NCBI GenBank assembly: GCA_002771745.1
Contig: PCUL01000203.1
Coordinates: 405-64,404 of the forward strand
DNA: 64,000 bases
Direction of reading: 5' to 3'
Source: Bacteroidetes bacterium CG18_big_fil_WC_8_21_14_2_50_41_14
GTDB lineage: Bacteria; Bacteroidota; Bacteroidia; Bacteroidales; F082
In this document: positions 20,616 to 31,384 of the stretch, piece by piece
Position numbering within the stretch: position 1 is the first letter of the stretch
Layout of the letters: every line of letters begins with the position of its first letter
The notes under the pieces: generated by a model
What the model saw: the letters and a program-made list of their open reading frames with translations, nothing else
What the model was told of the DNA's origin: nothing
The model's database searches: none
Position numbers and translations under genes: made by a program

Positions 20616-21587
20616 ATGGCCAAAACCAAATATATATTCAACTCAAAATCGCTTGCTTACGAAGAAGTTAGGAAGTCAAGTGGTCAAAAAATAGCTAATA
20701 CATTTCTCTTTTTAATAACGGCATTGGCTTTCTCGGTAGGCCTGACCATTCTGGCCTATACTTTTACGCAAACTCCTCGTGAACGGATGCAAAAAGCTGA
20801 ACTTGAGCAAGTAAAGCTTCAATACAGCATCATGAACGATCGACTGGATAAACTCCAGGTGTTGATGAAAGAAATGAGTGACCGGGATGACAATATTTAC
20901 AGGGTTATTTTTGAAGCCGAGCCAATTCCAAAAACGATTCGACAAGCAGGTTACGGTGGCGTTGACAGATATGATCAGCTTGACGGTTATTCAAATTCTG
21001 AGCTTTTAATAAAGACCGCCAAAAAACTTGACGTCCTGGCCAGCCAGATGTATGTGCAATCAAAATCGTTTGATGAAGTATTCGAAATGGCCCGGAACAA
21101 AGAAATTATGTTGGCCAGTATTCCGGCTATTCAGCCAGTTAGCAATACAAATCTTAAACGGCTGTCTTCATTCTACGGTTATCGAATTGATCCCATTTAT
21201 AAAATCAACAAGTTTCACGCGGGCGTTGACTTTAGCGCACCCCGTGGAACACCTATTTATTCGAGCGGTTCAGGCAATGTTATCAGGACGAGTAAAGCCT
21301 CCAGGGGGTATGGAAACACCATCACAATCGATCACGGCTTTGGATACCAGACATTTTATGCGCACATTCAAGACATTAAAGTTAAAATTGGTGAAGAAGT
21401 AAAACGCGGGCAATTAATCGGTACTGTTGGAAACACGGGCAAATCAACCGCTCCGCATTTGCACTATGAAGTGAAAAAAAATGGCCACACGGTAAACCCT
21501 ATTTATTATTTCTTCAACGATTTGTCACCCGATGAATTTGGATTGGTACTCGAACAATCTAATTATTCGAATCAAACTCTGGACTAA
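20616..21587 (+). CDS. M23-family metallopeptidase
   Basis: N-terminal TM segment, coiled-coil region, LytM motifs HAGVDFSAPRGTPIY and GNTGKSTAPHLHYEV. Confidence 0.9.
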   Translation: MAKTKYIFNSKSLAYEEVRKSSGQKIANTFLFLITALAFSVGLTILAYTFTQTPRERMQKAELEQVKLQYSIMNDRLDKLQVLMKEMSDRDDNIYRVIFEAEPIPKTIRQAGYGGVDRYDQLDGYSNSELLIKTAKKLDVLASQMYVQSKSFDEVFEMARNKEIMLASIPAIQPVSNTNLKRLSSFYGYRIDPIYKINKFHAGVDFSAPRGTPIYSSGSGNVIRTSKASRGYGNTITIDHGFGYQTFYAHIQDIKVKIGEEVKRGQLIGTVGNTGKSTAPHLHYEVKKNGHTVNPIYYFFNDLSPDEFGLVLEQSNYSNQTLD

Positions 21588-21593
21588 CAATAA

Positions 21594-21926
21594 ATGGCTG
21601 AAAAACTGTTCTACAAGATTGGAGAGGTGGCTGATATTTTAAGTGTTACACCCTCGCAACTCAGGTATTGGGAACAAGAATTCAGCTTTCTTAAACCAAA
21701 GAAAAACGACAAGGGGACGCGCTATTATTCTCAAAAGAACATCGACCAGGCTCAATTGGTTCTCCATCTACTCAAAGAGAAAGGGATGACCATCGCCGGA
21801 GCCAGGGAATACCTTGAGAGGAGAAAAAATGACCAATCATTGGAAAAACTGGAAGTAATTTCCACATTAAAAAAGACAAAAACACTTTTAACTGAGATAA
21901 TTCAGTTATTCGATTCAGTAAAATAA
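21594..21926 (+). CDS. MerR-family transcriptional regulator
   Basis: HTH motif YKIGEVADILSVTPSQLRYWEQEF; 110 aa. Confidence 0.85.
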   Translation: MAEKLFYKIGEVADILSVTPSQLRYWEQEFSFLKPKKNDKGTRYYSQKNIDQAQLVLHLLKEKGMTIAGAREYLERRKNDQSLEKLEVISTLKKTKTLLTEIIQLFDSVK

Positions 21927-21991
21927 GGGATATTTCCTTCACAAATTGTGAAACAAGCCAAATTGATTAATTTTACGGAAAATATTCTGTT

Positions 21992-22603
21992 ATGAAAATG
22001 ATCGCCTTGATTCTTGCATTGCTGATAATTCATCCGGGTTTAAGCCATGCACAGGATACAACTTCCATCTCTCAAAGTCGTAAAAACAACCTGATCAGCT
22101 TGCTCAACTATCGGTTCAAAGGTGGTTATTATAGTTTTGAGAAAGAGTTTATCAAACAGGTAACCTATCCCGAAATGGCCCGGAACAGTTGTGTTGTTGG
22201 GATCGTTCTCGTTTCGGTTGTGGTAGACTGTGATGGTACAATTAGCGATATCAGGATCAAGAATCCGTTGGGTTATGGGATTGATGATATGGTAAGCAAT
22301 TTTTTTGTGACAACCGAAAAACAATGGAATCATTGTACGGATGACAAGTATACTAAAATGGAAATTCCCATTCAGTTTAGAATCAAAGGAACTAAAACGG
22401 ATGAGGAAGCCGCCTTGTTGGTTTGCCTGGCTGAAAATCCGGGTTTCCCATGCAATGACGATGAATACTATTTGAAAAAAGCACAACGGTTTCTTGAAAA
22501 AGGAAGAGGATTAAAAGCCATAGGCATGCTGGATATTCTAATTAAACGCAATCCTTACAACACCATGTACTACGAGATGAAACAAAAAGCCATCGAAATG
22601 TAA
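21992..22603 (+). CDS. Hypothetical secreted protein, TonB-C-like fold suspected
   Basis: Signal peptide. Segment YPEMARNSCVVGIVLVSVVVDCDGTISDIRIKNPLGYGIDDMV resembles TonB C-terminal/energy-transducer domains. Weak call. Confidence 0.4.
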   Translation: MKMIALILALLIIHPGLSHAQDTTSISQSRKNNLISLLNYRFKGGYYSFEKEFIKQVTYPEMARNSCVVGIVLVSVVVDCDGTISDIRIKNPLGYGIDDMVSNFFVTTEKQWNHCTDDKYTKMEIPIQFRIKGTKTDEEAALLVCLAENPGFPCNDDEYYLKKAQRFLEKGRGLKAIGMLDILIKRNPYNTMYYEMKQKAIEM

Positions 22604-22615
22604 TCCTTGATTTGT

Positions 22616-23176
22616 ATGTTTGAAATCCTTCAAAACATAGATGAATATTGGCTGTTGCTTATTAATCAGCACTATTCACCTGTGTTGGATTACCTGATGA
22701 TTTTTTCAACAGGAACCCTTTCGTGGCTTCCTCTCTATATCCTATTGCTTTATTTAATCATTCGAAAATTCAGGATGAAGGCCATTCTCATTCTTTTGAT
22801 GGTGGCCCTGACCGTTACACTTACCGATCAGCTTTCGGTACATTTGTTTAAAGAGGTCTTCCTACGATTACGCCCTTGCCATCATCCCGATTTGCAAGAC
22901 AGCATTAGAACCATTATAGGTTGTGGCGGAAAATATGGATTTGTCTCGTCTCATGCGGCCAACTCAGTTGGCCTGGTTACCTTTCTTCTTTTGGCTTTCC
23001 GTCCCATGAATATGATTTTAGCCCTTTTTCTCATTGTATATGTCCTATTGAATATGGTTAGCCGGGTTTATTTGGGTGTTCATTATCCTTTCGATGTGCT
23101 GGGTGGGGCGTTCTTAGGTATCGTTTGTGGGCTGATCACTTCGCATCTAACCAAATTCTTAATGAGCAAGTTCTGA
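22616..23176 (+). CDS. PAP2-family phosphatase (undecaprenyl-diphosphatase/lipid phosphatase type)
   Basis: Multi-TM protein. PAP2 motifs KEVFLRLRP, SSHAANS, SRVYLGVHYPFDVLGG. Start set at the ATG at 22616 rather than the TTG at 22607. Confidence 0.8.
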   Translation: MFEILQNIDEYWLLLINQHYSPVLDYLMIFSTGTLSWLPLYILLLYLIIRKFRMKAILILLMVALTVTLTDQLSVHLFKEVFLRLRPCHHPDLQDSIRTIIGCGGKYGFVSSHAANSVGLVTFLLLAFRPMNMILALFLIVYVLLNMVSRVYLGVHYPFDVLGGAFLGIVCGLITSHLTKFLMSKF

Positions 23177-23220
23177 GTTTTTTTTTGGATATTTGCACGC
23201 ACATCGCTAACCAAACCAAC

Positions 23221-24360
23221 GTGAGAATTGCCGTAAACACCAGATTATTAATTAAAAACCAGCTTGAGGGCATTGGTTGGTTCACCTATGAAACGCTGAA
23301 AAGAATCGTGACGAACCATCCGGAGCACGAATTTTTTTTTATCTTCGATCGGGCCTACGATCCCCAATTTATTTTTAGTAAGAACGTTACACCAATTGTT
23401 GTCGGGCCACCCGCACGTCATCCGTTGTTATTTATTTTGTGGTTCGAGCTTTCCATTCCACATATCCTGAAGAAAATCAAAGCAGATGCCTTTATCTCAC
23501 CTGATGCCTATGGTTCGCTGTCAACAAAAGTCCCTACCTTGCTGGTCATTCATGATTTAAACTTTGAGCATTATCCTCAATACATCCCCCGGTTGGCCAG
23601 GTGGCATTATCAATATTTTACCGCGCGATTCGCAAAAAAAGCCAAGCGAATTGCCACCGTTTCGGAATACTCAAAATCTGACATTGTAACACAGTATGGT
23701 ATTGACCCAGAAAAAATTGACGTAACCTACAACGGTGCCAACCAACACTTCTCTCCCATTTCGGAAGCCGATCAGGTTAAAATAAAAAAAGAACTCACCA
23801 GTGGGCATGACTATTTCGTATTTATTGGTGCTTTAAATCCACGCAAAAACTTAACCAACCTGTTTAAAGCATTTGATGTATTTAGAATAAACAATCCATC
23901 GGTACAAACACGGTTGGTGGTAGTGGGTGAAAAAATGTACTGGACCGATGACATTAAAAACAGCTACCTTAAGATGACCCATAAGTCACAGGTAGTTTTT
24001 ACCGGCAGGCTTAACCTGGACAAATTGGTTGCCGTAACAGGTGCCGCGAAAGCACTCGTTTATGTTTCAATATTTGAAGGTTTCGGAATCCCGATTGTGG
24101 AATCTTTTTATGCAGGTATTCCGGTAATTACCTCTACAACAACCTCTATGCCTGAGATTGCAGGTGATGCGGCTCTCTTGGTCGATCCATTCAACATTAA
24201 CCAGATTGCAGAAGCCATGGAAAAAATTACTTTTGACAAACAATTGGCCCTATCGCTCATTGAACGTGGTCGCAAACGCCGCCATCTTTTCACATGGGAC
24301 AATACGGCCGATCAATTATGGAATAGCTTCCAAAAAATGATTAAAGATTCAATAAAATAA
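23221..24360 (+). CDS. Glycosyltransferase family 4 (GT-B)
   Basis: Begins VRIAVNTRLL (GTG at 23221; the longer track ORF overlaps the PAP2 gene). EX7E-type region FEGFGIPIVESFYAGIPVITS. Confidence 0.8.
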   Translation: MRIAVNTRLLIKNQLEGIGWFTYETLKRIVTNHPEHEFFFIFDRAYDPQFIFSKNVTPIVVGPPARHPLLFILWFELSIPHILKKIKADAFISPDAYGSLSTKVPTLLVIHDLNFEHYPQYIPRLARWHYQYFTARFAKKAKRIATVSEYSKSDIVTQYGIDPEKIDVTYNGANQHFSPISEADQVKIKKELTSGHDYFVFIGALNPRKNLTNLFKAFDVFRINNPSVQTRLVVVGEKMYWTDDIKNSYLKMTHKSQVVFTGRLNLDKLVAVTGAAKALVYVSIFEGFGIPIVESFYAGIPVITSTTTSMPEIAGDAALLVDPFNINQIAEAMEKITFDKQLALSLIERGRKRRHLFTWDNTADQLWNSFQKMIKDSIK

Positions 24361-24388
24361 ACTACACCGCTAAAAAATACCAAACCAG

Positions 24389-25675
24389 ATGAATACACTT
24401 ATACTTGGAAGTGGGGGCAGAGAGCATGCTTTGGCGTGGAAAATTGCCCAAAGCAGCTTGTCGGAAAAAATATTTATCGCTCCGGGAAATGCAGGAACCA
24501 GAAGTTTAGGAACCAACCTTCCCATTGGTGTAAACGATTTTGAACACATCAAAACTGCGGTAATTGAGCATGACATTGATTTGGTGGTGGTAGGCCCAGA
24601 AGATCCTTTGGTCCAGGGTATTTATGATTACTTTCAGCAAGATAAAATTCTTTGCAACACTCCTGTGATAGGCCCTTCAAAAGCCGCCGCCATGCTCGAA
24701 GGCAGTAAAGACTTTGCCAAAGACTTTATGTTTCGCCACCAAATACCTACCGCGGCGTACTTAACTGTGGATGTAAATAATTTATCACAAGGGATGGATT
24801 TCCTGGATACGTTATCTCCACCCTATGTCCTTAAAGCCGATGGGCTTGCTCAAGGTAAAGGTGTACTTATTCTCGACCAACTTGCTGAGGCGAAAGCTGA
24901 ATTAAAATCGATGATAACCGATGCTAAGTTTGGCGATGCATCGAAAAAGGTTGTCATTGAGGAATTTCTAACAGGTATTGAATGTTCTGTATTTGTGCTC
25001 ACCGATGGAACTGACTACGTGATATTGCCCGATGCCAAAGATTATAAAAGAATTGGAGAAGGCAACTCCGGGCTGAATACAGGTGGTATGGGTTCGGTAT
25101 CGCCAGTACCATTTGCGAACACTGAATTTATTAAAAAAGTTGAAAAGCTGATCATTGTCCCAACCATAAAAGGCTTACAATCAGAGGGCCTCATTTATAA
25201 AGGATTTATCTTTTTTGGATTAATTCAGGAAGATGGAAATCCAAAAGTAATTGAATACAACTGCAGGATGGGTGATCCCGAATCGGAATCGGTCATCCCA
25301 CGCATTCAATCCGATCTGTTGGAACTTTTTATTGCAGTAGGAAACAACACGTTGGGGAAGCATAAAATTGTTTTTGATGAACGTTATACAGCTACCGTTT
25401 TTTTAGTTTCAGGTGGTTATCCTGAGAAGTTTGAGAAAGGGAAGGTGATTTCAGGTCTCGAAAACATGAACAATTGTATTGTTTTTCATGCGGGCACGGC
25501 CAAAGACATTGAAAATAATGCGATAAAAACCAATGGAGGAAGGGTGCTTGCTGTCACATCTTACGGATATTCGTTAAGGCAAGCACTAAATAATGCTTAT
25601 GCCAACGCGGAAAACATCCATTTCGAAGGTCGGTATTTTCGGAATGACATCGGATTTGATCTTGGTGCGAGGTAA
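24389..25675 (+). CDS. purD: Phosphoribosylamine--glycine ligase
   Basis: MNTLILGSGGREHALAWK start, ATP-grasp core, NCRMGDPE motif. Confidence 0.95.
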   Translation: MNTLILGSGGREHALAWKIAQSSLSEKIFIAPGNAGTRSLGTNLPIGVNDFEHIKTAVIEHDIDLVVVGPEDPLVQGIYDYFQQDKILCNTPVIGPSKAAAMLEGSKDFAKDFMFRHQIPTAAYLTVDVNNLSQGMDFLDTLSPPYVLKADGLAQGKGVLILDQLAEAKAELKSMITDAKFGDASKKVVIEEFLTGIECSVFVLTDGTDYVILPDAKDYKRIGEGNSGLNTGGMGSVSPVPFANTEFIKKVEKLIIVPTIKGLQSEGLIYKGFIFFGLIQEDGNPKVIEYNCRMGDPESESVIPRIQSDLLELFIAVGNNTLGKHKIVFDERYTATVFLVSGGYPEKFEKGKVISGLENMNNCIVFHAGTAKDIENNAIKTNGGRVLAVTSYGYSLRQALNNAYANAENIHFEGRYFRNDIGFDLGAR

Positions 25676-25687
25676 TAGGTTTGTTTT

Positions 25688-26671
25688 ATGATAAAATACT
25701 TCAGCAAGAGCTATTTTTCACGCTACGCATGGCTGTTAACTATCGTGGTGGTTGGATGGCTTCCTCAATTTATTCATCCGGCAAAATGTGAAGGCTTTCC
25801 AAGCTATTTGTTTTTGCCATTCCAATCTGTGTTCGATAGCTTCCCCATTACAGGCATTATTTTCACTTTACTGGTCTATGTTTTCAGTGTTTTCTTTCTC
25901 AATTTCATTTCCATTGAACACCATATATCAGGGAAAGTAAATACACTTCCCATTTTCATCTACATCTTGTTTACAGCCAGTATTTCAGCGTATTTCACAA
26001 CAAACTCATTTATCTGGATAAGCCTGCTGCTTTTATGGATGCTGCGGCATTGCCTCAGTCTGTACCAGCGCGAAAGCACTATAACAAACGCACTCAATGC
26101 AGGATTGCTCCTAAGTGTCGCCTCCTTTTTTTATCCTCCCCTCATTTATTTAATCCTCTTAATCTGGTTCTCCCTATTGCTTCATAGGGTTAACAGCTGG
26201 AGGGCTTATGTTACCAGTTTGTTGGGCTTGCTTGGTCCTTACTTATTTCTGCTCACTTGGTTTTTCATGACCGACCAGCTTAAATCAGCAACAGCAAATT
26301 TTGTGGGGGAAATCCTTCCTGTTGTCAATTTTAAACCAGATCTTCCCTGGACAGAATTAGCCGTTTTCACCCTCCTTTTATTGCTGGGAATCTTGTTTTC
26401 AGTCAAACTTGCTTCATCCCTGGGAGAAAAAAACATCAATTTACGTCGCAATCTTTTTATTTTGCTGCTTTTTTTCGCCTTTCAACTTTTACTGATCCTC
26501 ATTTTTAACAAAAGTTCACTGGCATTCATGTTGCTGGGCATACCTTATGCATTCATTGTGGCTCACCAGCTTGTACTACTTAAAAAAACCAGGCTAATCA
26601 ACCTCATCCTTTTAGTAATCACCTTGTTTATTGTTGGCAATCACCTGATGATCTTGTTTAATGCTTATTAG
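25688..26671 (+). CDS. Hypothetical polytopic membrane protein
   Basis: 327 aa, about 9 hydrophobic segments, no recognised catalytic motif. Confidence 0.55.
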   Translation: MIKYFSKSYFSRYAWLLTIVVVGWLPQFIHPAKCEGFPSYLFLPFQSVFDSFPITGIIFTLLVYVFSVFFLNFISIEHHISGKVNTLPIFIYILFTASISAYFTTNSFIWISLLLLWMLRHCLSLYQRESTITNALNAGLLLSVASFFYPPLIYLILLIWFSLLLHRVNSWRAYVTSLLGLLGPYLFLLTWFFMTDQLKSATANFVGEILPVVNFKPDLPWTELAVFTLLLLLGILFSVKLASSLGEKNINLRRNLFILLLFFAFQLLLILIFNKSSLAFMLLGIPYAFIVAHQLVLLKKTRLINLILLVITLFIVGNHLMILFNAY

Positions 26672-27257
26672 TTCATTTACCGGAAATCTAATTGAAGCCG
26701 GATGCGACGAAGCAGGCAGAGGTTGTTTGGCAGGACCCGTATTTGCCGCTGCCGTGATATTACCTCCTGGTTATCAACATCAGCTATTGAACGACTCCAA
26801 AAAGCTTTCTCCAAAACAGCGGAATTTTTTACGTCAAATAATTGAAAAAGAGGCTATATCGTATGGAGTTGCTTCCTGTTCACCGGAAGAAATCGACGAA
26901 ATAAATATCCTCAACGCCAGTTTTTTGGCCATGCACCGTGCCATCGAAAAACTAAAGCCAAACCCCCAGCTTTTGTTGATAGACGGTAACAGGTTTACTC
27001 CATACAAAACCATACCACACCGTTGTTTAATAAAAGGTGACGCGAGGTATTTATCTATCGCCGCGGCATCCATACTGGCCAAAACCTATCGGGATGAGTA
27101 CATGCTTGAACTCCACCATCGGTGCCCGAATTATGCCTGGATAAAAAATAAAGGATACCCAACCATGGAACATAAATTGGCCATCAGGGAATTTGGGATC
27201 ACTCCATATCACCGCAAGACTTTTAATTCACAGATTCAATTAAAGTTGCTATTTTAG
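26661..27257 (+). CDS. rnhB: Ribonuclease HII
   Basis: [20 protein letters not shown] active-site motif, DSKKLS, ASILAK. Confidence 0.93.
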   Translation: MLISSFTGNLIEAGCDEAGRGCLAGPVFAAAVILPPGYQHQLLNDSKKLSPKQRNFLRQIIEKEAISYGVASCSPEEIDEINILNASFLAMHRAIEKLKPNPQLLLIDGNRFTPYKTIPHRCLIKGDARYLSIAAASILAKTYRDEYMLELHHRCPNYAWIKNKGYPTMEHKLAIREFGITPYHRKTFNSQIQLKLLF

Positions 27258-27381
27258 TCCAACTTTTTGCCCTAATAGTGATCTGGAGAACTTGTTAACG
27301 TTTTGTTTACATGAATTTTATATATTCATGTTGGTTCAGTTTACTTCGCTAAAAAATGAGTACCTTGCACCCAAAAATAAG

Positions 27382-28398
27382 ATGAAATTTACAGCTCAAC
27401 AAATAGCAGATGCTCTTGGAGGCAAGGTTGAAGGAGATCCACTGGTTGAAGTAAGCAATCTTTCAAAAATCGACGAAGCACTTCCCGGTACTTTAAGTTT
27501 TTTAGCCAACCCCAAGTATGCACATTTCATATATGAAACTCCGGCTTCCATCGTTATTGTAAACGAAGATTTTATTGCCGATCATCCCATTACAACCACG
27601 TTGGTCAGGGTGAAAAATGCCTATGTATCGTTTGCCGAATTGCTTGAATTATACAAGCAAAATAAGGGCAAGCGGAGTGGTATATCCAGCAGGGCCTATA
27701 TTGCGCCTTCGGCTAAAATTGGTCAGAATATATATATTGGGGAATTTGTTTCCATTGGCGAAAATACCTCCATCGGTGATAATTGTCAGATTTACCCGAA
27801 CACCAGCATCGGATATGATTGTAAAATCGGAATGGAAACCATCCTTTATAGTGGAGTGAAAATCTATGATGATTGTCAGATAGGTGATTGGTGCACAATG
27901 CATTCCGGAGTAGTAATTGGTTCTGACGGATTTGGTTTTGCCCCGCAGGAATCCAGCGATTTTCGTAAAGTACCCCAATTGGGTAACGTCATCATCGAAG
28001 ACCAGGTAGAAATCGGTTCGAATACCACCATTGACAGGGCAACCCTGGGATCGACCATCATCCGAAAAGGAGCCAAAATTGACAACCAGATTCAAATAGC
28101 ACACAATGTAGAAATTGGTGAGAACACCGTAATTGCCGCTCAAACCGGTATATCCGGTTCAACAAAAATTGGCCGTAACTGTATGATTGGTGGACAGGTG
28201 GGCATTGTGGGACATATCACCATAGCTGATAAAGTGATGATTGCCGCCCAATCGGGTGTAGGAAAGAGCATCCTCATGGAAGGCGAGGTGGTGGAAGGCA
28301 GTCCTGCTTTTGGCATTCGCGAATTTCAACGTTCCTATGTGCATTTCAGACGACTTGATCAACTGGTGAAAAGAGTAAATCAACTGGAGCGCAAATAA
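27382..28398 (+). CDS. lpxD: UDP-3-O-acylglucosamine N-acyltransferase
   Basis: [14 protein letters not shown] start and LSFLANPKY motif. Long left-handed beta-helix of hexapeptide repeats. The track's upstream extension was rejected. Confidence 0.9.
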   Translation: MKFTAQQIADALGGKVEGDPLVEVSNLSKIDEALPGTLSFLANPKYAHFIYETPASIVIVNEDFIADHPITTTLVRVKNAYVSFAELLELYKQNKGKRSGISSRAYIAPSAKIGQNIYIGEFVSIGENTSIGDNCQIYPNTSIGYDCKIGMETILYSGVKIYDDCQIGDWCTMHSGVVIGSDGFGFAPQESSDFRKVPQLGNVIIEDQVEIGSNTTIDRATLGSTIIRKGAKIDNQIQIAHNVEIGENTVIAAQTGISGSTKIGRNCMIGGQVGIVGHITIADKVMIAAQSGVGKSILMEGEVVEGSPAFGIREFQRSYVHFRRLDQLVKRVNQLERK

Positions 28399-28530
28399 CC
28401 GAAACTGACTTTTTGCGTTTCCACATTGCCCCTTCAACCTCAAATGATACAACCAATAACACTTTTATTTGAGGTATTCATTTGTCCAATCCACCCATCC
28501 GAAAATTGTAAATGAATTAATAAAAATGAT

Positions 28531-28538
28531 TACTTTTG
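28531..28538 (+). promoter_or_regulatory. -7 promoter box TACTTTTG
   Basis: Exact TAnnTTTG 38 nt upstream of the lpxC ATG at 28577. Confidence 0.4.
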
Positions 28539-28576
28539 CAAAAATTCCTTAACAATATCAAACCTTTATGCGGTAG

Positions 28577-29491
28577 ATGACAGAGCCACAAAAAACGATA
28601 CATCAGTCTATTTCGGTCGAAGGAAACGGATTGCATACAGGACAAACCGGAACACTGATTTTTCATCCTGCTCCTGTTAACCATGGGATCAAATTCAGAA
28701 GAACCGACCTGGCATCAAAACCGATTATCGATGCCAATATTGATTTTGTTGTGAGCACTGCCAGAGGAACCACACTTGGGAACAACGAGGTAAGTATTTT
28801 TACTATCGAGCATGTACTTGCGGCCTTAACAGGGCTTGGTATTGACAATGTTCTCATCGACCTGGATGTGGAAGAAATCCCCATTATGGATGGTTCGTCT
28901 CAACATTTCGTTCAGGCATTACTAAAAGCCGGCATAAAGGTGCAGGATGCCCCAAAAAATTATCTGGTCATCACCGAGACGATCGTGCATGAGATTCCTT
29001 CAAAGATGATCAAGATCATGATTGAACCGGCAGATTCCTTTTCAGTGACCGTAGAAATTGATTACGAAACCCAGGTACTTGGCAAACAAACCGCACAATT
29101 AAACCATCTTGCTGAATTTGAGAAAGAGATAGCCCCTTGCAGGACATTTGTTTTTTTGCATGAGCTCGAATTTCTACTTCAGAACAACCTGATAAAAGGA
29201 GGTGATTTGAGTAATGCCATTGTTTTTATTAACAGACCGGTGAACCAGCAAGAACTTGACAGGCTCGCTAAAGTTTTTAATAAACCAACCGTGAAAGTTA
29301 AAGAAAACGGAATTTTAAATAATTTACAACTACATTTCGAAAACGAACCCGCACGCCACAAACTATTAGATGTTATTGGCGACTTAACCCTGTTGGGGAA
29401 ACCCATTAAAGGAAAAATAACCGCATTCAGACCTGGCCACCAAACAAATACTGAATTTGCCAGAATCATTAAACATACCTTAAAAGTATAA
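28577..29491 (+). CDS. lpxC: UDP-3-O-acyl-N-acetylglucosamine deacetylase
   Basis: Motifs QKTI..S....G.GLHTG, TIEHVLAAL, HKLLDVIGDL, RPGHQTN. Ends at the TAA at 29489-29491, in the same frame as fabZ. Confidence 0.92.
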   Translation: MTEPQKTIHQSISVEGNGLHTGQTGTLIFHPAPVNHGIKFRRTDLASKPIIDANIDFVVSTARGTTLGNNEVSIFTIEHVLAALTGLGIDNVLIDLDVEEIPIMDGSSQHFVQALLKAGIKVQDAPKNYLVITETIVHEIPSKMIKIMIEPADSFSVTVEIDYETQVLGKQTAQLNHLAEFEKEIAPCRTFVFLHELEFLLQNNLIKGGDLSNAIVFINRPVNQQELDRLAKVFNKPTVKVKENGILNNLQLHFENEPARHKLLDVIGDLTLLGKPIKGKITAFRPGHQTNTEFARIIKHTLKV

Positions 29492-29494
29492 ACT

Positions 29495-29974
29495 ATGATT
29501 AAAAAACCACCATTCGACATTTACGCTGATCCGATTTACGACATTAACCAAATAAAGGCCATTTTGCCTCATCGTTCACCTTTTTTATTGGTTGACAAAG
29601 TCTTAGAGATGAGTGAAGGCCACATTGTTGCACAAAAAAACGTAACAATGGACGAACCTTTTTTTCAGGGTCATTTCCCCGATGAACCGCTCATGCCCGG
29701 AGTTCTATTGGTTGAAGCCATGGCCCAGGCAGGAGGAATTTTCGTGTTGAACACCGTTGAAGAGCCTCATTTGTACTCAACCTATTTTCTAAAAATTGAC
29801 AAAGTCAGGTTTAGGGCAAAGGTTGTCCCCGGCGATGTGGTTATATTCTCCATCGAACTTACCAGTCCGATAAAAAGAGGGATTTGCTCCATACGTGGCG
29901 AAGCCTTTGTTGGAAATAAAGTTGTGATGGAAGCCGAACTGATGGCGCAAATTACTAAGAATAAGCAAAAATAG
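29495..29974 (+). CDS. fabZ: 3-hydroxyacyl-ACP dehydratase
   Basis: Motifs LPHRSPFLLVD, FFQGHFPDEPLMPGVLLVEAMAQ. The ATG is one codon after the lpxC stop, in the same frame. Confidence 0.92.
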   Translation: MIKKPPFDIYADPIYDINQIKAILPHRSPFLLVDKVLEMSEGHIVAQKNVTMDEPFFQGHFPDEPLMPGVLLVEAMAQAGGIFVLNTVEEPHLYSTYFLKIDKVRFRAKVVPGDVVIFSIELTSPIKRGICSIRGEAFVGNKVVMEAELMAQITKNKQK

Positions 29975-29984
29975 AAATACTAAC

Positions 29985-30779
29985 ATGAATCAACCATTAG
30001 CATACGTCCACCCACAGGCTAAAATCGCCCCAAACGTAGTCATCGAGCCTTTTGTTAACATCGAGAAAAACGTTGTGATCAAAGAGGGTACATGGATTGG
30101 CTCCAATGTTACTATCATGGAGGGAGCACGCATCGGAAAAAACTGTAGAATTTTTCCCGGTGCCGTTATTTCTGCAATTCCTCAGGATTTAAAATACGCA
30201 GGTGAAGACACCACCGTAAAAATTGGTGATAACGTGACCATCAGAGAATTTGTTACCATCAACCGTGGAACTAAAGCCAATATGGAAACAGTTATTGGTG
30301 ACAATTGCCTGTTAATGGCTTATGTACATATTGCCCACGACTGTATTCTGGGACACAATGTAATTTTGGCCAATGCCTGTACTCTTGGAGGGCACATTAC
30401 TATTGACGATTGGGCTATCATTGGCGGTTTGGCTGCCGTACACCAATTCGTGCACATTGGAAAACACGCCATGATTTCGGGTGGCGGAATGGCGCGTAAA
30501 GATGTACCACCTTTCACCAAAGCAGGACGCGAGCCCCTTTCCTATGCAGGGGTAAATTCCATTGGCCTGCGCCGCAGGGGATACACCAATGAACGCATCA
30601 ATGCCATTCAGGACATTTACCGGATTATTTTCCTGAAAGGAAACAACATCACTCAGGCCATCAGTTACATTGAAGCAAATGTTCCAGCCACGGATGACCG
30701 TGATGAAATACTGAGTTTCATTGCCAATTCACAGAGAGGTATGATGAGAGGCTATACCAGCATGAAAGACCGAATATAA
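29985..30779 (+). CDS. lpxA: Acyl-ACP--UDP-N-acetylglucosamine O-acyltransferase
   Basis: Hexapeptide repeats plus the LpxA C-terminal helical domain (GLRRRGYTNERINAIQDIYRIIF). Confidence 0.93.
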   Translation: MNQPLAYVHPQAKIAPNVVIEPFVNIEKNVVIKEGTWIGSNVTIMEGARIGKNCRIFPGAVISAIPQDLKYAGEDTTVKIGDNVTIREFVTINRGTKANMETVIGDNCLLMAYVHIAHDCILGHNVILANACTLGGHITIDDWAIIGGLAAVHQFVHIGKHAMISGGGMARKDVPPFTKAGREPLSYAGVNSIGLRRRGYTNERINAIQDIYRIIFLKGNNITQAISYIEANVPATDDRDEILSFIANSQRGMMRGYTSMKDRI

Positions 30780-30815
30780 GAACCAACTTTAATTATCATT
30801 GTAAATAGTAAATAA

Positions 30816-31382
30816 ATGGCAACAACCGCAGATTTCAGAAACGGGTTAATTATTGAGTATAACGGAGAACTTTGGGCAATTGCTGAGTTTCAACATGTTA
30901 AACCTGGTAAAGGACCCGCTTTTGTACGCACCAAATTAAAAAATGTGATTACTGGAAAAGTAATCCCCAACACTTTTACCTCCGGAGTTAAAATCAACAT
31001 TCAAAGGGTAGAAAGAAGAACCTATCAGTACCTGTATAACGAAGGTGATACTTACCATTTTATGAATAGCGAAACCTTCGAGCAAACCTTTTTAGACAAG
31101 GCGATGGTGCCGGCTCCTCATTTGATGAAAGAGGGCCAGGAGGTAACCATTTCATATCACGCTGAAAACGACACACCCATGATTTGTGAAATGCCTACTT
31201 ATGTGGTGCTCCAGGTCACCTATACTGAACCCGGTGACAGGGGAAATACGGCCACCAATACTTTTAAAGATGCGGAAATTGAAACGGGTGCCATCATAAA
31301 AGTCCCATTATTTATTAATGAAGGCGACAAGATTAAGATTGATACCAGAACGGGCGATTACTCAGAACGCGTTAAAGAATAA
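30816..31382 (+). CDS. efp: Elongation factor P
   Basis: 188 aa; FQHVKPGKGPAFVRTKLKN motif. Confidence 0.95.
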   Translation: MATTADFRNGLIIEYNGELWAIAEFQHVKPGKGPAFVRTKLKNVITGKVIPNTFTSGVKINIQRVERRTYQYLYNEGDTYHFMNSETFEQTFLDKAMVPAPHLMKEGQEVTISYHAENDTPMICEMPTYVVLQVTYTEPGDRGNTATNTFKDAEIETGAIIKVPLFINEGDKIKIDTRTGDYSERVKE

Positions 31383-31384
31383 GT

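Noticed and set aside
23125-23220. Upstream extensions of ORF-track starts at GT4 23125, lpxD 27292, dNK 4454, M23 20601, sod 40746, ddl 58285, hldD 52093, kbl 49864, rdgB 59986, ung 63775, flippase 37612, OMP 39134 and TGase-like 41484.
   Set aside because: The extensions overlap the upstream gene or a TAnnTTTG promoter box, or they add non-conserved residues ahead of the canonical family N-terminus. I chose the internal ATG/GTG starts instead.
27649-28143. 164-aa antisense ORF inside lpxD, plus the smaller antisense ORFs at 27713-27898 and 27876-28085.
   Set aside because: This is an artefact of the hexapeptide-repeat codon periodicity of LpxD. The sense strand has clear LpxD motifs.
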